A stretch of 64,000 nucleotides of DNA from Clostridia bacterium (GCA_050951325.1 JBMNIW010000001.1:288001-352000), one strand, 5' to 3'. Positions 9,941 through 19,789 are shown, counted from the first letter of the stretch. Numbers and translations: made by a program. The notes: generated by a model not told the origin, from the sequence alone.

Positions 9941-11483
9941 AGTGAAAAGATTCTTTTCCTTTGTTCTCATACTGATACTTCTAACCTCTACAGTCCCAAT
10001 AAATGCGGACAATGAACCAACACACAAAGAAGAAGTGGTTTACGGCATTCTCAACCTTGATGGAAGTGTAAAGGGAATCCATGTAGTTAACATCTTTGAA
10101 GGCGGGAAAATACTGGACTATGGCAATTATTCAGAGATTAGAAACCTTACCTCCTCTGAAAAAATAAATAAGGATGGAGACAGGATAACCATAGACACGT
10201 CCTCGGATAAGTTCTACTATCAAGGAACTTTGAAGAAAAAAGAACTCCCCTGGGTAATCTCCATCAAATACTATTTTGACAACAAGGAGATAAAAGGCGA
10301 TGAGCTTGGCGGCAAAAGCGGTGATTTGAAAATACATATTACAGTCAAAAAGAATAAAAATGTAAATGATGTTTTCTTCAACAACCATGCCCTGCAAATA
10401 AGTTTGTCGCTTGATAATAGACTGTGCAGAAATATCAAAAGTGAAAATGCTACAGTTGCAGAAGCAGGCAGCAAAAAACAGCTTGCATACACGGTCTTGC
10501 CAGGCTTTGAGGCTGATATTGTAGTCACAGCCACCGTCAAGGATTTTGAAATGGATCCGATTCAGATAAACGGCATACGCCTTAACATGGGTATGGATGT
10601 GGACACAGGCGAGTTTACAAGACAAATATCAGAACTGGTTAATGCAATAAGGCTGCTTGACGAGGGTGCAGATGGTTTGCTTGACGGAGCCGCAAATCTG
10701 GCAAATGGAATGCAAAGCTATATTGACGGCCTCAATGCTTTCAAAAACGGTTTATCTCTCCTTCCGGACAGTGTGAATGAGATATATAATGGAGTTTCTC
10801 AAGTAAGTTATGGGTTGAATGAACTTGCAAAACAGAACGACTCTCTTCTTGCAGGGGCATTGGCAATTCAACAAGCTACCTTTGAGACGGTCAACATGCA
10901 GCTTGCAGGTATGGGATTGCCAACTCTTACCCCTGAAAACTATAGCGCAATACTTGCACCAATACCACAACTTGCAGAAGTAAAGCTTAAACTTGATGAA
11001 ATTGTTCAGTTTACAGAAGGTCTAAAAAGCTATTTAAACGGAGTGGGAGAGATTAGCAGCGGAACCAAGGAGCTTGAAAGAGGCATGTCAGAGTTCAAAT
11101 CCTCTGCCAATACAATAGCCGCTTCTGCAAATGAAATCTACAGCGCCGCTGTAACTATAAACAATGGGATAAAAGGACTAAAAGAAGGTCTTAATGAATA
11201 CAAACAAGGTACCGGCCAACTAAGAGAAGGTACAAAAGACTTGGTTGCCATGATAGATACACAGCTTTCAGAAATACTCTCACTTATATCCGAAGGAGAT
11301 GATGAAGTCGTATCCTTTGTTTCCGATAAAAACACCAATGTAGATTCTGTACAGTTTGTGCTTAAGACAGATTCTATTGAAAAACCAGTTTCCGAGAAAC
11401 CTGACAGCCCAAAATCCCCTACCCTTTCATTTTGGCAAAGATTGCTGAAACTTTTTGGGCTGTATAAGGATAAGGATGAATAA
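9933..11483 (+). CDS. Secreted YhgE/Pip-like coiled-coil protein partnering the MMPL transporter
   Basis: Signal peptide, KEEVVYG motif, X-X-X-L-X-X-G heptad repeats, SFVS.KN..V.SVQFV tail. Confidence 0.75.
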   Translation: MIKVKRFFSFVLILILLTSTVPINADNEPTHKEEVVYGILNLDGSVKGIHVVNIFEGGKILDYGNYSEIRNLTSSEKINKDGDRITIDTSSDKFYYQGTLKKKELPWVISIKYYFDNKEIKGDELGGKSGDLKIHITVKKNKNVNDVFFNNHALQISLSLDNRLCRNIKSENATVAEAGSKKQLAYTVLPGFEADIVVTATVKDFEMDPIQINGIRLNMGMDVDTGEFTRQISELVNAIRLLDEGADGLLDGAANLANGMQSYIDGLNAFKNGLSLLPDSVNEIYNGVSQVSYGLNELAKQNDSLLAGALAIQQATFETVNMQLAGMGLPTLTPENYSAILAPIPQLAEVKLKLDEIVQFTEGLKSYLNGVGEISSGTKELERGMSEFKSSANTIAASANEIYSAAVTINNGIKGLKEGLNEYKQGTGQLREGTKDLVAMIDTQLSEILSLISEGDDEVVSFVSDKNTNVDSVQFVLKTDSIEKPVSEKPDSPKSPTLSFWQRLLKLFGLYKDKDE

Positions 11484-11512
11484 AGGCTCTTCCCCCAAGA
11501 GCCTTTATTCAT
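11476..11512. terminator. Bidirectional terminator overlapping both convergent stop codons
   Basis: ATGAATAAAGGCTCTT-ccccc-AAGAGCCTTTATTCAT perfect 16-bp inverted repeat. Confidence 0.75.
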
Positions 11513-12479
11513 ATCCTTTATACATATCCATTACATACTTTGTCAAGTTGAAATCATTATCTGGATACTCAAAACAAAGTTTAACTGCAACTTCTTTTGA
11601 AACCTCACGAAAAAGATCGAGACATGTAAACAAAGAGTTCCAGCAGTTTTCATACGTATCCATTCTATATGTTGTCATAAGTCTGTTCCACAAACCATCA
11701 GAAACATACCTTTTCAAATATTTATAGTTCTTACCGACACTAAGAGAAAAGTGCGTTTCAAGACCTACCTTCCAGGACATCATCCTCAAAAGCTCCCGCC
11801 TCACTATACCAAGATGAGCTATTGAATAAAGTATTTCCCTTCGCATAAGTCCTTTAACAACATATGTGGACACATGCCAGAACTCATTGCAGCAGTCATC
11901 AAACTGCCTCATGGTAGGTTTCCTAATATGATACTCCTCATCCGTTGGTATAATCTTCTCCTTTATCCTGTTATCCTTGTCAAGAAGCACCGTTACAAGC
12001 TTGTCTCTTTTCAAATACTCCTCAAGACAATTCAAGGGAATCAAAGTAAGGTCCACTTTATTGTAGTCGTCAAACAGCATAAGATAGGAAAAACCCAATT
12101 CAGAAGGAGGAAACAGCTCCATATCCTCAGGCTTGGTTACCTCATCCACAAATTCGGAGTTGTAAAACAAGGTGGGTTTACCTTCGTACACTTTCAAAGA
12201 AAAAGGAGTTTCCAAATCCTGAACATATTTAAGCAGTTTTAAATTGTCCCAGGACAGTATTCCTGTTAAATACTGAAGATGAAAACTCATATCAGTAAGC
12301 TGTACAATTGTGCCATCAGATAAAAACATTGAGTTGCACATAAGAGGATTTATACCCAACCTATGTGTTTTGGAAAACTTCTTGTATACCTCTTTTGATA
12401 CCTTGACTCCTTTACTGACAACAAGGCATTTCAAATCTATCGAGTCAATCTCACAATTGTTTATGTAATATTTGTTCAA
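11505..12479 (-). CDS. Chimeric ORF: unrelated ~115-aa N-terminus fused in frame to the C-terminal ~210 aa of an ANT(6)/AadE-type aminoglycoside nucleotidyltransferase
   Basis: From KPEDMELFPP onward it matches AadE/AadK motifs (FSYLMLFDDYNKVDLTL, DDCCNEFW, LSVGKNYK); the GSR..QDYD N-terminus is absent. Confidence 0.8.
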   Translation of the reverse strand: MNKYYINNCEIDSIDLKCLVVSKGVKVSKEVYKKFSKTHRLGINPLMCNSMFLSDGTIVQLTDMSFHLQYLTGILSWDNLKLLKYVQDLETPFSLKVYEGKPTLFYNSEFVDEVTKPEDMELFPPSELGFSYLMLFDDYNKVDLTLIPLNCLEEYLKRDKLVTVLLDKDNRIKEKIIPTDEEYHIRKPTMRQFDDCCNEFWHVSTYVVKGLMRREILYSIAHLGIVRRELLRMMSWKVGLETHFSLSVGKNYKYLKRYVSDGLWNRLMTTYRMDTYENCWNSLFTCLDLFREVSKEVAVKLCFEYPDNDFNLTKYVMDMYKGYE

Positions 12480-12568
12480 GTTATCACCTCAAAAACTCAT
12501 GCAAACCTAATTCTATCATACGGTTTTCACGAGTTTTTAAAGAATAACAGATATTTTGTACTTTTTTG

Positions 12569-13477
12569 TTATTCTCTTAAAATTTCGAGGTACTGGCACA
12601 ATATATCTCTTACATATTCACCTATGAGAAAAACCATTGGAGATTCATCTGTGTTGTTAAAATACTGGTTCAAACCGTCGATATGTTTCTCCTTGTCCGC
12701 ATATTTGATAATAATGGGCGGGTAACCTGCCTGCATAAGCATTAGATTAAGTAACAAGAATCCTGTCCTGCCATTACCTTCAATAAACGGATGTATCCTG
12801 CTGTATTCCAAGTAAAAAAGAACTGCTTTTTCAATCGGATGTCTGCTGCCTTTATCAAGTGAAGCAACCAACCTTTCCATCATAACAGGGACCAGATCAG
12901 GCTTTGGATGATTGTATTCGCTCGCAATGTTTACGCTTCTGTATTCACCTCTGTGCTGATAATTATCAACCATGACAAGGGAGTGAATCTCACGAATCAC
13001 CCATTCGGAAATAGGAATATTGTCGCTTAAAAGAGACATGACATATCTTGCTGCATCTCCATATCCAACAGTTTCAAGCTGGTCTTTCAAGGGTTTGCCT
13101 TCAAGCGTAACTCCCTGTAAAACTTGTGAGATTTCTTCAAGCGTCAAACTGTTCCCTTCCATGGCAACGGAGTTGTATGTAAACTCCACCAGGAAATCCT
13201 CCAACAGTTTTACTATCTCTCTTCTTGTCAGCCTGTTCCTGCTGACAGTCTCATGTTTCATCTTGTCAATCGATGCAAACAGTGTTTTATACCTTTTTGG
13301 TATATATACTCCCCTGTAGCTTCTGTTATCTATAGGCCTAATTGCATCTTTAGGAATTAGATAGGACCTGCCTTTTCTAATTACTCCTTCCACTCTACCT
13401 TCCGCACAAAAGGCACATACGCGCCTTTCTGAAACACCCCATTTCGCAGCAGCTTCCTTTACTGTAATATACTCCAC
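12569..13477 (-). CDS. HTH-Fic domain protein
   Basis: N-terminal HTH (TVKEAAAKWGVSERRV), SVAMEGN inhibitory motif, HPFIEGNGRTG Fic motif. Confidence 0.9.
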   Translation of the reverse strand: MEYITVKEAAAKWGVSERRVCAFCAEGRVEGVIRKGRSYLIPKDAIRPIDNRSYRGVYIPKRYKTLFASIDKMKHETVSRNRLTRREIVKLLEDFLVEFTYNSVAMEGNSLTLEEISQVLQGVTLEGKPLKDQLETVGYGDAARYVMSLLSDNIPISEWVIREIHSLVMVDNYQHRGEYRSVNIASEYNHPKPDLVPVMMERLVASLDKGSRHPIEKAVLFYLEYSRIHPFIEGNGRTGFLLLNLMLMQAGYPPIIIKYADKEKHIDGLNQYFNNTDESPMVFLIGEYVRDILCQYLEILRE

Positions 13478-13503
13478 AACCCATCCTCCCATTTTTATAC
13501 CTT

Positions 13504-13709
13504 TCAAGTATCTGCTTTTCCCTTTGTTTTACACCATCCCAATAAATTGGCTATTATATCAATTATCTCATGCACGAGCCTTGTTCCGTCAACATGCAGA
13601 ATTTCGCAGGACATGGACTTTACCCAGTTGCTCGTACATGTCACCACCTTTCAGGACTTTTGTCACCCAGGTCTGCGTTTACCGCAGTTTTGATAAACTT
13701 GTCACTCAT
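13504..13709 (-). pseudogene. Internally deleted P-loop kinase-like gene relic
   Basis: ATG overlaps the NUDIX stop (TAATG); fragments VLKGGDMYEQ and WVKSMSCEILHVDGTRLVHEIIDII in different frames resemble C-termini of clostridial adenylate/shikimate kinase-like proteins. Confidence 0.45.
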
Positions 13710-14224
13710 TAAAGGTTATACCTCTCTTTAACATATTCAAGCATAAATGTTTCTCTTGGAACCCAGCCCTGACAAGGGTAGGACCTCATAAGCTTTTTGT
13801 TAGCTTCAATAGCTTTATCAATATCAACCCATACAGGAATTAGACCAAGAGCTATCTCATAATCATCCAATGACTGCTTGCCGAAGTTTAAGTCTACATC
13901 ACATGAATAGTAATATGATATTCTCTTAAAGATATCATAGTCCTCTTCAATAGGAATATCATATTCAATAACCTTGCCTATCTCCTCATTTATAGACAGT
14001 ACTTCAGTACCACATTCTTCTTTAATTTCTCTGACAAGGGCCTCTTCAAAGGATTCTCCTTCATCGACACCTCCGCCTGGAAATTTGTAATCACCACCAT
14101 TTGTCGAGTACACCATTAGGATTGTTTTTCCTCTTAAAACAACTCCTCTTACAGCGTTCCTTGCAATCGTTTTGCCTACTGTGTTGACGTTCGGCTTTCT
14201 CATTATTTCCTTTAATATCTTCAT
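13709..14224 (-). CDS. NUDIX hydrolase
   Basis: Nudix box GGGVDEGESFEEALVREIKEECG. Confidence 0.92.
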   Translation of the reverse strand: MKILKEIMRKPNVNTVGKTIARNAVRGVVLRGKTILMVYSTNGGDYKFPGGGVDEGESFEEALVREIKEECGTEVLSINEEIGKVIEYDIPIEEDYDIFKRISYYYSCDVDLNFGKQSLDDYEIALGLIPVWVDIDKAIEANKKLMRSYPCQGWVPRETFMLEYVKERYNL

Positions 14225-14248
14225 AGCTCACCTATACCAAACTCTTCT

Positions 14249-14809
14249 TTATCGAATCAATATGTACTTTATGTCCTGAAAACTCTTCTTTAGTTGTTCC
14301 GAATAATATTCACTTTTCTTATAAATCTTGAAACCGCATTTCTCAATAACCCTTCTTGACTGCATATTTTCTACAAAATGTCCAACTGTCAAAGCATTCA
14401 AATTCAGTTTGTCAAAGCAAAACTTAATAACTGCACTGACAGCCTCAGGCATAAGGCCCATGCCCCAGTAATCTTTAGAAAGAACATAACCAATTTCTTT
14501 TATCTTAAGGTTCTTGTATTCATGCTCTTCATTGGCCCATGAGTAATGCAGGCCCAAAGAACCAATAACCTTGTTGTTTTCCTTGAATACAACGGCAAGC
14601 ACATTTTTATCTGCTATGAATAAATGCAAGATATTTCTTGATTCTTCAATAGATTTATGATGCGGCCAGCCTGCCATCTCTCCAACGCCTTCTACCGATG
14701 CATACTCATACAAATCATCAAGGTCACTTTCCAACCAGGGACGAAGCACCAACCTTTGTGTTTCAATTATTGTATTGGATAAATCAATTTCCACATCCAC
14801 CAAAAACAC
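14249..14809 (-). CDS. GNAT N-acetyltransferase (RimJ/RimL type)
   Basis: IETQRLVLRPW, EIGYVLSKDYWGMGLMPEA, N..S.RVIEKCGF. Confidence 0.9.
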   Translation of the reverse strand: MFLVDVEIDLSNTIIETQRLVLRPWLESDLDDLYEYASVEGVGEMAGWPHHKSIEESRNILHLFIADKNVLAVVFKENNKVIGSLGLHYSWANEEHEYKNLKIKEIGYVLSKDYWGMGLMPEAVSAVIKFCFDKLNLNALTVGHFVENMQSRRVIEKCGFKIYKKSEYYSEQLKKSFQDIKYILIR

Positions 14810-14825
14810 TCCCTTTAATCAAAGT

Positions 14826-15605
14826 CTATTCCCAAAGATAACTGGTCATGGTTACCGAACCAAGCACGCATGCCTTGTTGTATACACTAACTTCATCATT
14901 CCTGCTGGATGCACCAAGTGCATAAAGAAGCGGGTAATAGTGGTCAGGAATTGGCACAGAATACTTGGCACACTCTCCAGCTTGATGATACAGCATAATC
15001 CTGTCATGGTTTGCATCCATGATATTGTCGTGGATGTAGTCGTCAAACTCATATGCCCAGTCGTAGCCTTTGTTCTCCATATTCCAGTCTACCATCCTCA
15101 AATTGTGAACAATATTGCCACTGCAGAATATGAGAACATTGTGGTTTCTCAAAGCCCCCAGCTCCTTGCCAATCATGTAATGCACTTCCGGAGGCGCATT
15201 TCTATCAACACTTAATTGAAGCACGGGTATGTCTCTATCGGGATACATGTGTACCAGTACCGACCAGGTCCCATGGTCTATTCCCCAAGTGTTGTCATAC
15301 TCGCTGTCCTTTGTAACCAGTGCTTTGACAACCTTGGCTACTGTGGGAGAGCCGGGACAATCATACACAATCTCATAAAGTGGCCTTGGAAAACCATACA
15401 TGTCGTAAATGGTCTTTGGATTTTCCTCATTGTTTATCTTTGTACCTCTTGTGTACCAGTGGGCTGAAACGGACAAAATCGCCTCAGGTTTTGGAATCTT
15501 CCTTGCAATTTCTTTCCACGACCTTGAAAACTGGTTGTCTTCAATTGCATTCATGGGTGAACCATGACCAACAAACAAAACCGGCATCTTCGACATATAT
15601 CTCAC
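14826..15605 (-). CDS. ygiD: 4,5-DOPA extradiol dioxygenase-like (YgiD/LigB family)
   Basis: MPVLFVGHGSPMNA, SAHW, GIDHGTW, SGNIVHNL, PDHYYPL. Confidence 0.9.
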   Translation of the reverse strand: MRYMSKMPVLFVGHGSPMNAIEDNQFSRSWKEIARKIPKPEAILSVSAHWYTRGTKINNEENPKTIYDMYGFPRPLYEIVYDCPGSPTVAKVVKALVTKDSEYDNTWGIDHGTWSVLVHMYPDRDIPVLQLSVDRNAPPEVHYMIGKELGALRNHNVLIFCSGNIVHNLRMVDWNMENKGYDWAYEFDDYIHDNIMDANHDRIMLYHQAGECAKYSVPIPDHYYPLLYALGASSRNDEVSVYNKACVLGSVTMTSYLWE

Positions 15606-15628
15606 AGTCCCTTCTTCATTTCGTTTTA

Positions 15629-16063
15629 CTATATCACATTATGCTTGTCCGGATTTATCAGAAAACTCTTTATCTCCTTTATCTTGGCCTTCTTGCCAAA
15701 GCTGCCAAATACATATACATCACAAAACTCAAAGTTTCCTTTGGCAAAATGATAGCATCCGTAGACAGCGGCAACATTTCCATGGGTAATAACATTCGCA
15801 ACTTCTATTTTGCTCAAATCCATGTCGACAAGGTTCTTTATACTGTTTAAAACTTCTTTCTTGCCCAAAAGCTTTTTAACACCAACCACATCCAACATGA
15901 CATCTTCAGCAACATGCTCAAGTATGAAGTCATCATCTTTTTCCGTTATGGCTTTGTATATTTCTATAAGCAAAATCTTCTTGGGTGAATTACCGCAGTG
16001 CTCCGGATAAACTATCATCATAACACCTAACTCCATTTTTTGATAATACATATACATTACCAA
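15629..16063 (-). CDS. NTF2/SnoaL-like protein
   Basis: CGNSPKK motif, ITHG..AAV.G and FCDVY.F pattern. Confidence 0.7.
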   Translation of the reverse strand: MVMYMYYQKMELGVMMIVYPEHCGNSPKKILLIEIYKAITEKDDDFILEHVAEDVMLDVVGVKKLLGKKEVLNSIKNLVDMDLSKIEVANVITHGNVAAVYGCYHFAKGNFEFCDVYVFGSFGKKAKIKEIKSFLINPDKHNVI

Positions 16064-16090
16064 ATTTTAGGCCAACATGCAAAAGAATAA

Positions 16091-17572
16091 TTACTCAATT
16101 TCTACAACTTTTGTGCTGATGTTGTTTCTAAAAGCCTCGTCATGCTCAACAAACAAAAGTGTCGGACAATACTCAAGAATCAACTTCTCTATCTGCATGC
16201 GTGAGAACACGTCAATGTAGTTTAAAGGTTCATCCCAGACATAAAGGTGTGCCTGCTCGCAAAGACTTTTAGCAAGAAGCACTTTCTTTTTCTGACCAGC
16301 GCTAAAGTCCGCTATGTCTTTGTCAAACTGTTCTCTTCCAAAGTCGAGCTTCCTGAGTATTGTTTTAAACTGGGTTTCATCAATCCCATTTTCATATGCA
16401 AAATCAGAAAGATTTCCGTACAGCCATGATGTATCCTGTGAAATGTATGAAACTTTCAGTCCGCTGGCAACTATCAAGCTGCCTGAATATTGAATTCCCT
16501 CCCCAACAATTAGTTTAAGAATACTGGTTTTGCCACTTCCATTTCTGCCTGCAAGGGCAACTCTGTCGCCTGCATTTATGGCAAAGTTCAGACTGCTAAA
16601 AACAATCCTGTCGCCATAGAAAATGGCAAGGTCCTTTGCTTCAACCAAGGTTCTTTTATAAAATTCAAGAGGCGTTATCTTAAGGTCGTCGTATTCTTCA
16701 ATATTATGAAGAAGCTCTGACTTTTGACTGATTGCCTTCATTTTTCTTGCCTCAATATTTTTTGCCCTCTTCATCGCCTTTGCTGACTTGTGTCCTACAT
16801 AACCTTTATCAAGCTTTATACCGGAATCATCTTTCCCATACTTGCTTTTTTCCACCCGATGAGCCCAAACAGCGCTTCTTCTTGTAGCCTCCGATAGCCT
16901 CTTTATCTCTCCCACAAGCTTTCTATTCTCTGCAATTTCAAAATTATCCTGCCTCATCTTGTTCTCCCACCAGGAAGAAAAATCGCCTTTCTGCACCTCG
17001 ATATTCGTTTTGTTTATGGATAATACATGATCTATGCATGTATCAAGAAGATTTCTGTCATGGGATACCAAAATGAATCCCTTCTTGTTCTTTAGATAAT
17101 TTACAAGCACCCTTCTTGCATCAATATCCAGATGGTTTGTAGGTTCGTCAAGCAAGAGAAAGCAATTCCTTCTTAAAAACATGGATGCCAGCAAAACCTT
17201 TGTCTGTTCGCCATTAGACAAGGTTGCAAATGGTCTGTACAAAATATCTTCTTCAACATCCAACAAGGATAATTCTTTTACCTTTTCCCACTCCATGCAT
17301 TCAGGACAGATTTCATTCATTACATCAATAGTAAAACGGGTTTTATCCTCCACTTCATAGGGAAAATATTCAAACTCAACTGATGCGCTTATGCTTCCTG
17401 AATACTCATACTCACCCATCAAAAGTTTAAGAAAGGTGGTTTTTCCTCTTCCATTCCTTCCTATAAAACCAAGCTTCCAGTCCGTATCTATTTGAAAACT
17501 AACATCCTCAAAAATATTGTCGTAACTCCCATCGTAGGAAAAAGTAAGGTTTGAAACGTTTATTAGTGACAT
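16091..17572 (-). CDS. lsa: Lsa-family ABC-F ribosomal protection protein
   Basis: MSLINVSNLTFSYDGSYDNIFEDVSFQIDTDWKLGFIGRNGRGKTT start typical of Lsa(B)/(E); two ABC domains, no TM segments, 493 aa. Confidence 0.9.
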   Translation of the reverse strand: MSLINVSNLTFSYDGSYDNIFEDVSFQIDTDWKLGFIGRNGRGKTTFLKLLMGEYEYSGSISASVEFEYFPYEVEDKTRFTIDVMNEICPECMEWEKVKELSLLDVEEDILYRPFATLSNGEQTKVLLASMFLRRNCFLLLDEPTNHLDIDARRVLVNYLKNKKGFILVSHDRNLLDTCIDHVLSINKTNIEVQKGDFSSWWENKMRQDNFEIAENRKLVGEIKRLSEATRRSAVWAHRVEKSKYGKDDSGIKLDKGYVGHKSAKAMKRAKNIEARKMKAISQKSELLHNIEEYDDLKITPLEFYKRTLVEAKDLAIFYGDRIVFSSLNFAINAGDRVALAGRNGSGKTSILKLIVGEGIQYSGSLIVASGLKVSYISQDTSWLYGNLSDFAYENGIDETQFKTILRKLDFGREQFDKDIADFSAGQKKKVLLAKSLCEQAHLYVWDEPLNYIDVFSRMQIEKLILEYCPTLLFVEHDEAFRNNISTKVVEIE

Positions 17573-17589
17573 AAAAATCCCTCCTAACA

Positions 17590-17800
17590 AAATCAAGCCG
17601 CAAGAAAGTCAAACTTCTTACGGCTTAAATACACAAACAACCCTTTTTCCCAAATCAAAAGGTACGTTTATCAAGTAAAGAATGTTCAACTTTCCTGCTA
17701 TTTACACGCAAAAACATGCGGTCTATAACCGCTGTGACAAAGCCCTATATTTTGTGCATACCTGTTAGCAAGAAAAGTTGTACATCCTTTCACCTCCAAT
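17590..17800 (-). promoter_or_regulatory. Attenuator leader of lsa with uORF MYNFSC (17765-17785)
   Basis: GGAGGTGA RBS + 6-codon ORF; ORF complementary to 17687-17700; terminator-like hairpin 17595-17626. Confidence 0.75.
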
Positions 17801-17868
17801 TAATCCAATTATATCACATATTCATAAAAATCTACAATATAATTTTCACAAATCCGGACGCAAGCATT

Positions 17869-18057
17869 TTAACTAAAATAATCATATGCAATAGAATCGA
17901 GTTGTGCTTTGATTTTCTCAAAAGAACACCCCAGGTCCAAAGTACGAACACTAATTTTATTCCCACTCATTCTGTAATCATAATCTGGCAATATCTCTTC
18001 ATCCGTTCTTGCATACAACAGCATTCCAGATACTTCATGGGGCCTTCCGCATAGCTC
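17869..18057 (-). pseudogene. mcrC: 3' remnant of mcrC
   Basis: ELCGRPHEVSGMLLYARTDEEILPDYDYRMSGNKISVRTLDL...stop, characteristic McrC C-terminus. Confidence 0.8.
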
Positions 18058-19117
18058 CGACTATTTGATTCTGTCCTTTCTTTGCAAAAACAATATCACC
18101 AGGTTTCATTTCATGTACAAACTGCCATGTTGCCAAGGCCGAATTTCTAAAAGAAAAATTAGGACCTATCCTTTCTTTCATAGCTTTCTGCATTTCGTCT
18201 TTACTTGAGTATTGTAACAAGTCACCAATCTCATCCCAACCAATGCCCATAATACCTTTCTCGTAAAATTCATCCCACATTGAAGCATTATCACCAGGTG
18301 AATATATCCAATAATGTACTGTGCTAACATCCTCATCTGCAAGTCCGTCTCCTTTGCTGTCACGGATTGCTCTTCCTTTTTCTTTTGAAAACAGCCAAGC
18401 ATTATGTGATAGTTCGGGAAAACTCTTGTACTTGTCCGTGCTTAATGCATATTCTTTTAGTTTTTTTACAATTGCAAAGTATTTTCCGGAGGGAATTTTC
18501 CCTTCAATCTCAGGCAATGATGCAACGTGTTCTTCCGGGAATTCACCTGATTTATATATGTATTGAACGTTATGTTTGTCAAGACTAATGAAATCGTATG
18601 GTGCAATCCAGTAAAGGCCTATGGTCAGCTTACTGTTGCCTATGCCTTTTTTGCTCATGGCAAGATCAAAATATCGCCCAACAGTTTCTCGTTTGTCACC
18701 TGTTGGATTTTCTACATATTGCAATGCATATTCAAACAATTCCCACAACTCATTTATATCATTGTCGCCTCTGTCACCAAGGAAGTAATAGAAAGTGGCG
18801 TTTTGCGGGTTTACAACAGGAATTCCTGAAAAGTCTGTTGGTATTGGGTTTGTTAACCCAAAGATGTCAGCAATAGCAGCTATTACTCTTTTACGTGAGT
18901 TTTCTCCAAGACCTTTGCTAAACAGACCAATCACAGTAAATGGATCAATATCCACTATCTGATTGTCCCTCTCCAACGTTGGCATAGCAATTCCTGTAAC
19001 CTCATAAATACGCCGTACCTTCTCAATCAATTCATGTCGATTATCCTTATACTTTCGCAGCACCTGAGCAAACTCTTCATAAAAATTCACCCAGTCGAAC
19101 TTGTTCTCTTTCATCAT
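18035..19117 (-). pseudogene. mcrB: 5' part of an McrB-like restriction subunit lacking the AAA+ GTPase domain
   Basis: FDWVNFYEEFA..DIDPFTV N-terminus and EVE-like YWIYSPG..WDEF..GIGW..MKPGDIVFAKKG; ORF runs directly into the mcrC tail out of frame. Confidence 0.75.
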
Positions 19118-19299
19118 ACTAACTCCCTGTTACACATTGTATTTGATTAAAATTATATAGTATCGCCTCCAAATGGTAAAGGTTATGTTTTATATATAAA
19201 GTCCAAGTTTTATGAATTGAGACACCTGCAGGTTTTCAATTAATTCGTAGTTAAAACCAACGTTCCTCCAAAACGGCTAATTGTATGTAGCTCTGAATT

Positions 19300-19452
19300 T
19301 TACTCAGCAACTCCCTTCAACTCCTCATACTCAATCCTGTTACGCCCCAACATCTTTGCTTTGTATAGCAATCTATCAGCAGTAGATACAATGTCCTCAA
19401 GCAATATATCCGGCGAATAACGAACTGTAGTAACACCAAAGCTTGCTGTTAC
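19300..19452 (-). pseudogene. GGDEF diguanylate cyclase C-terminal fragment
   Basis: VTASFGVTT...ADRLLYKAKMLGRNRIE-stop; no start codon and no GGDEF motif. Confidence 0.7.
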
Positions 19453-19788
19453 TAGAAGTCACTGATGGCTTTAAGAGACTAATGTGCCATTATGGCTTCA
19501 AAAGCAATTTTTACAACCCAAACTCTGGTCATGAAAAAGGATCTGCCGAGAATTATGTTGGAACAAGCCGAAGAAATATGTTTGTACCTGTGCCACGTAT
19601 AGAGGATTTGTAAAAGCTGTGCCCTTTCACTTTATATGCTGTACAAATTGCTTATGTGGCGAATAATGTTCAAGAGAATGTAGTCATTAGAAAAAATAAA
19701 TAGTTTAAATAGCGAGGTGCATGGATTTTAACTTCCGCACTGCAGGGTTTTTAACTTCCGCGCTGCACGGATTTATACTTGCCAAACA
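19451..19788 (+). mobile_element. IS21-family remnant (istA fragment plus right end)
   Basis: TDGFKRLMCHYGFKSNFYNPNSGHEKGSAENYVGTSRRNMFVPVP (IstA catalytic-E region); three tandem ~23-bp repeats ending in CA. Confidence 0.8.
19718..19788 (+). repeat. Three imperfect 23-bp tandem repeats (IS21 multiple terminal repeats)
   Basis: TGCATGGATTTTAACTTCCGCAC / TGCAGGGTTTTTAACTTCCGCGC / TGCACGGATTTATACTTGCCAAACA. Confidence 0.85.
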
Positions 19789-19789
19789 C

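Noticed and set aside
11505-19117. Co-oriented cassette-like gene train as an integron array
   Set aside because: Intergenic gaps are short and share no repeated attC-like structure; no integrase
19718-19788. Tandem 23-bp repeats as a mini CRISPR array
   Set aside because: The repeats are contiguous with no spacers, there are no cas genes, and they follow an IstA fragment and end in CA, so an IS21 end fits better
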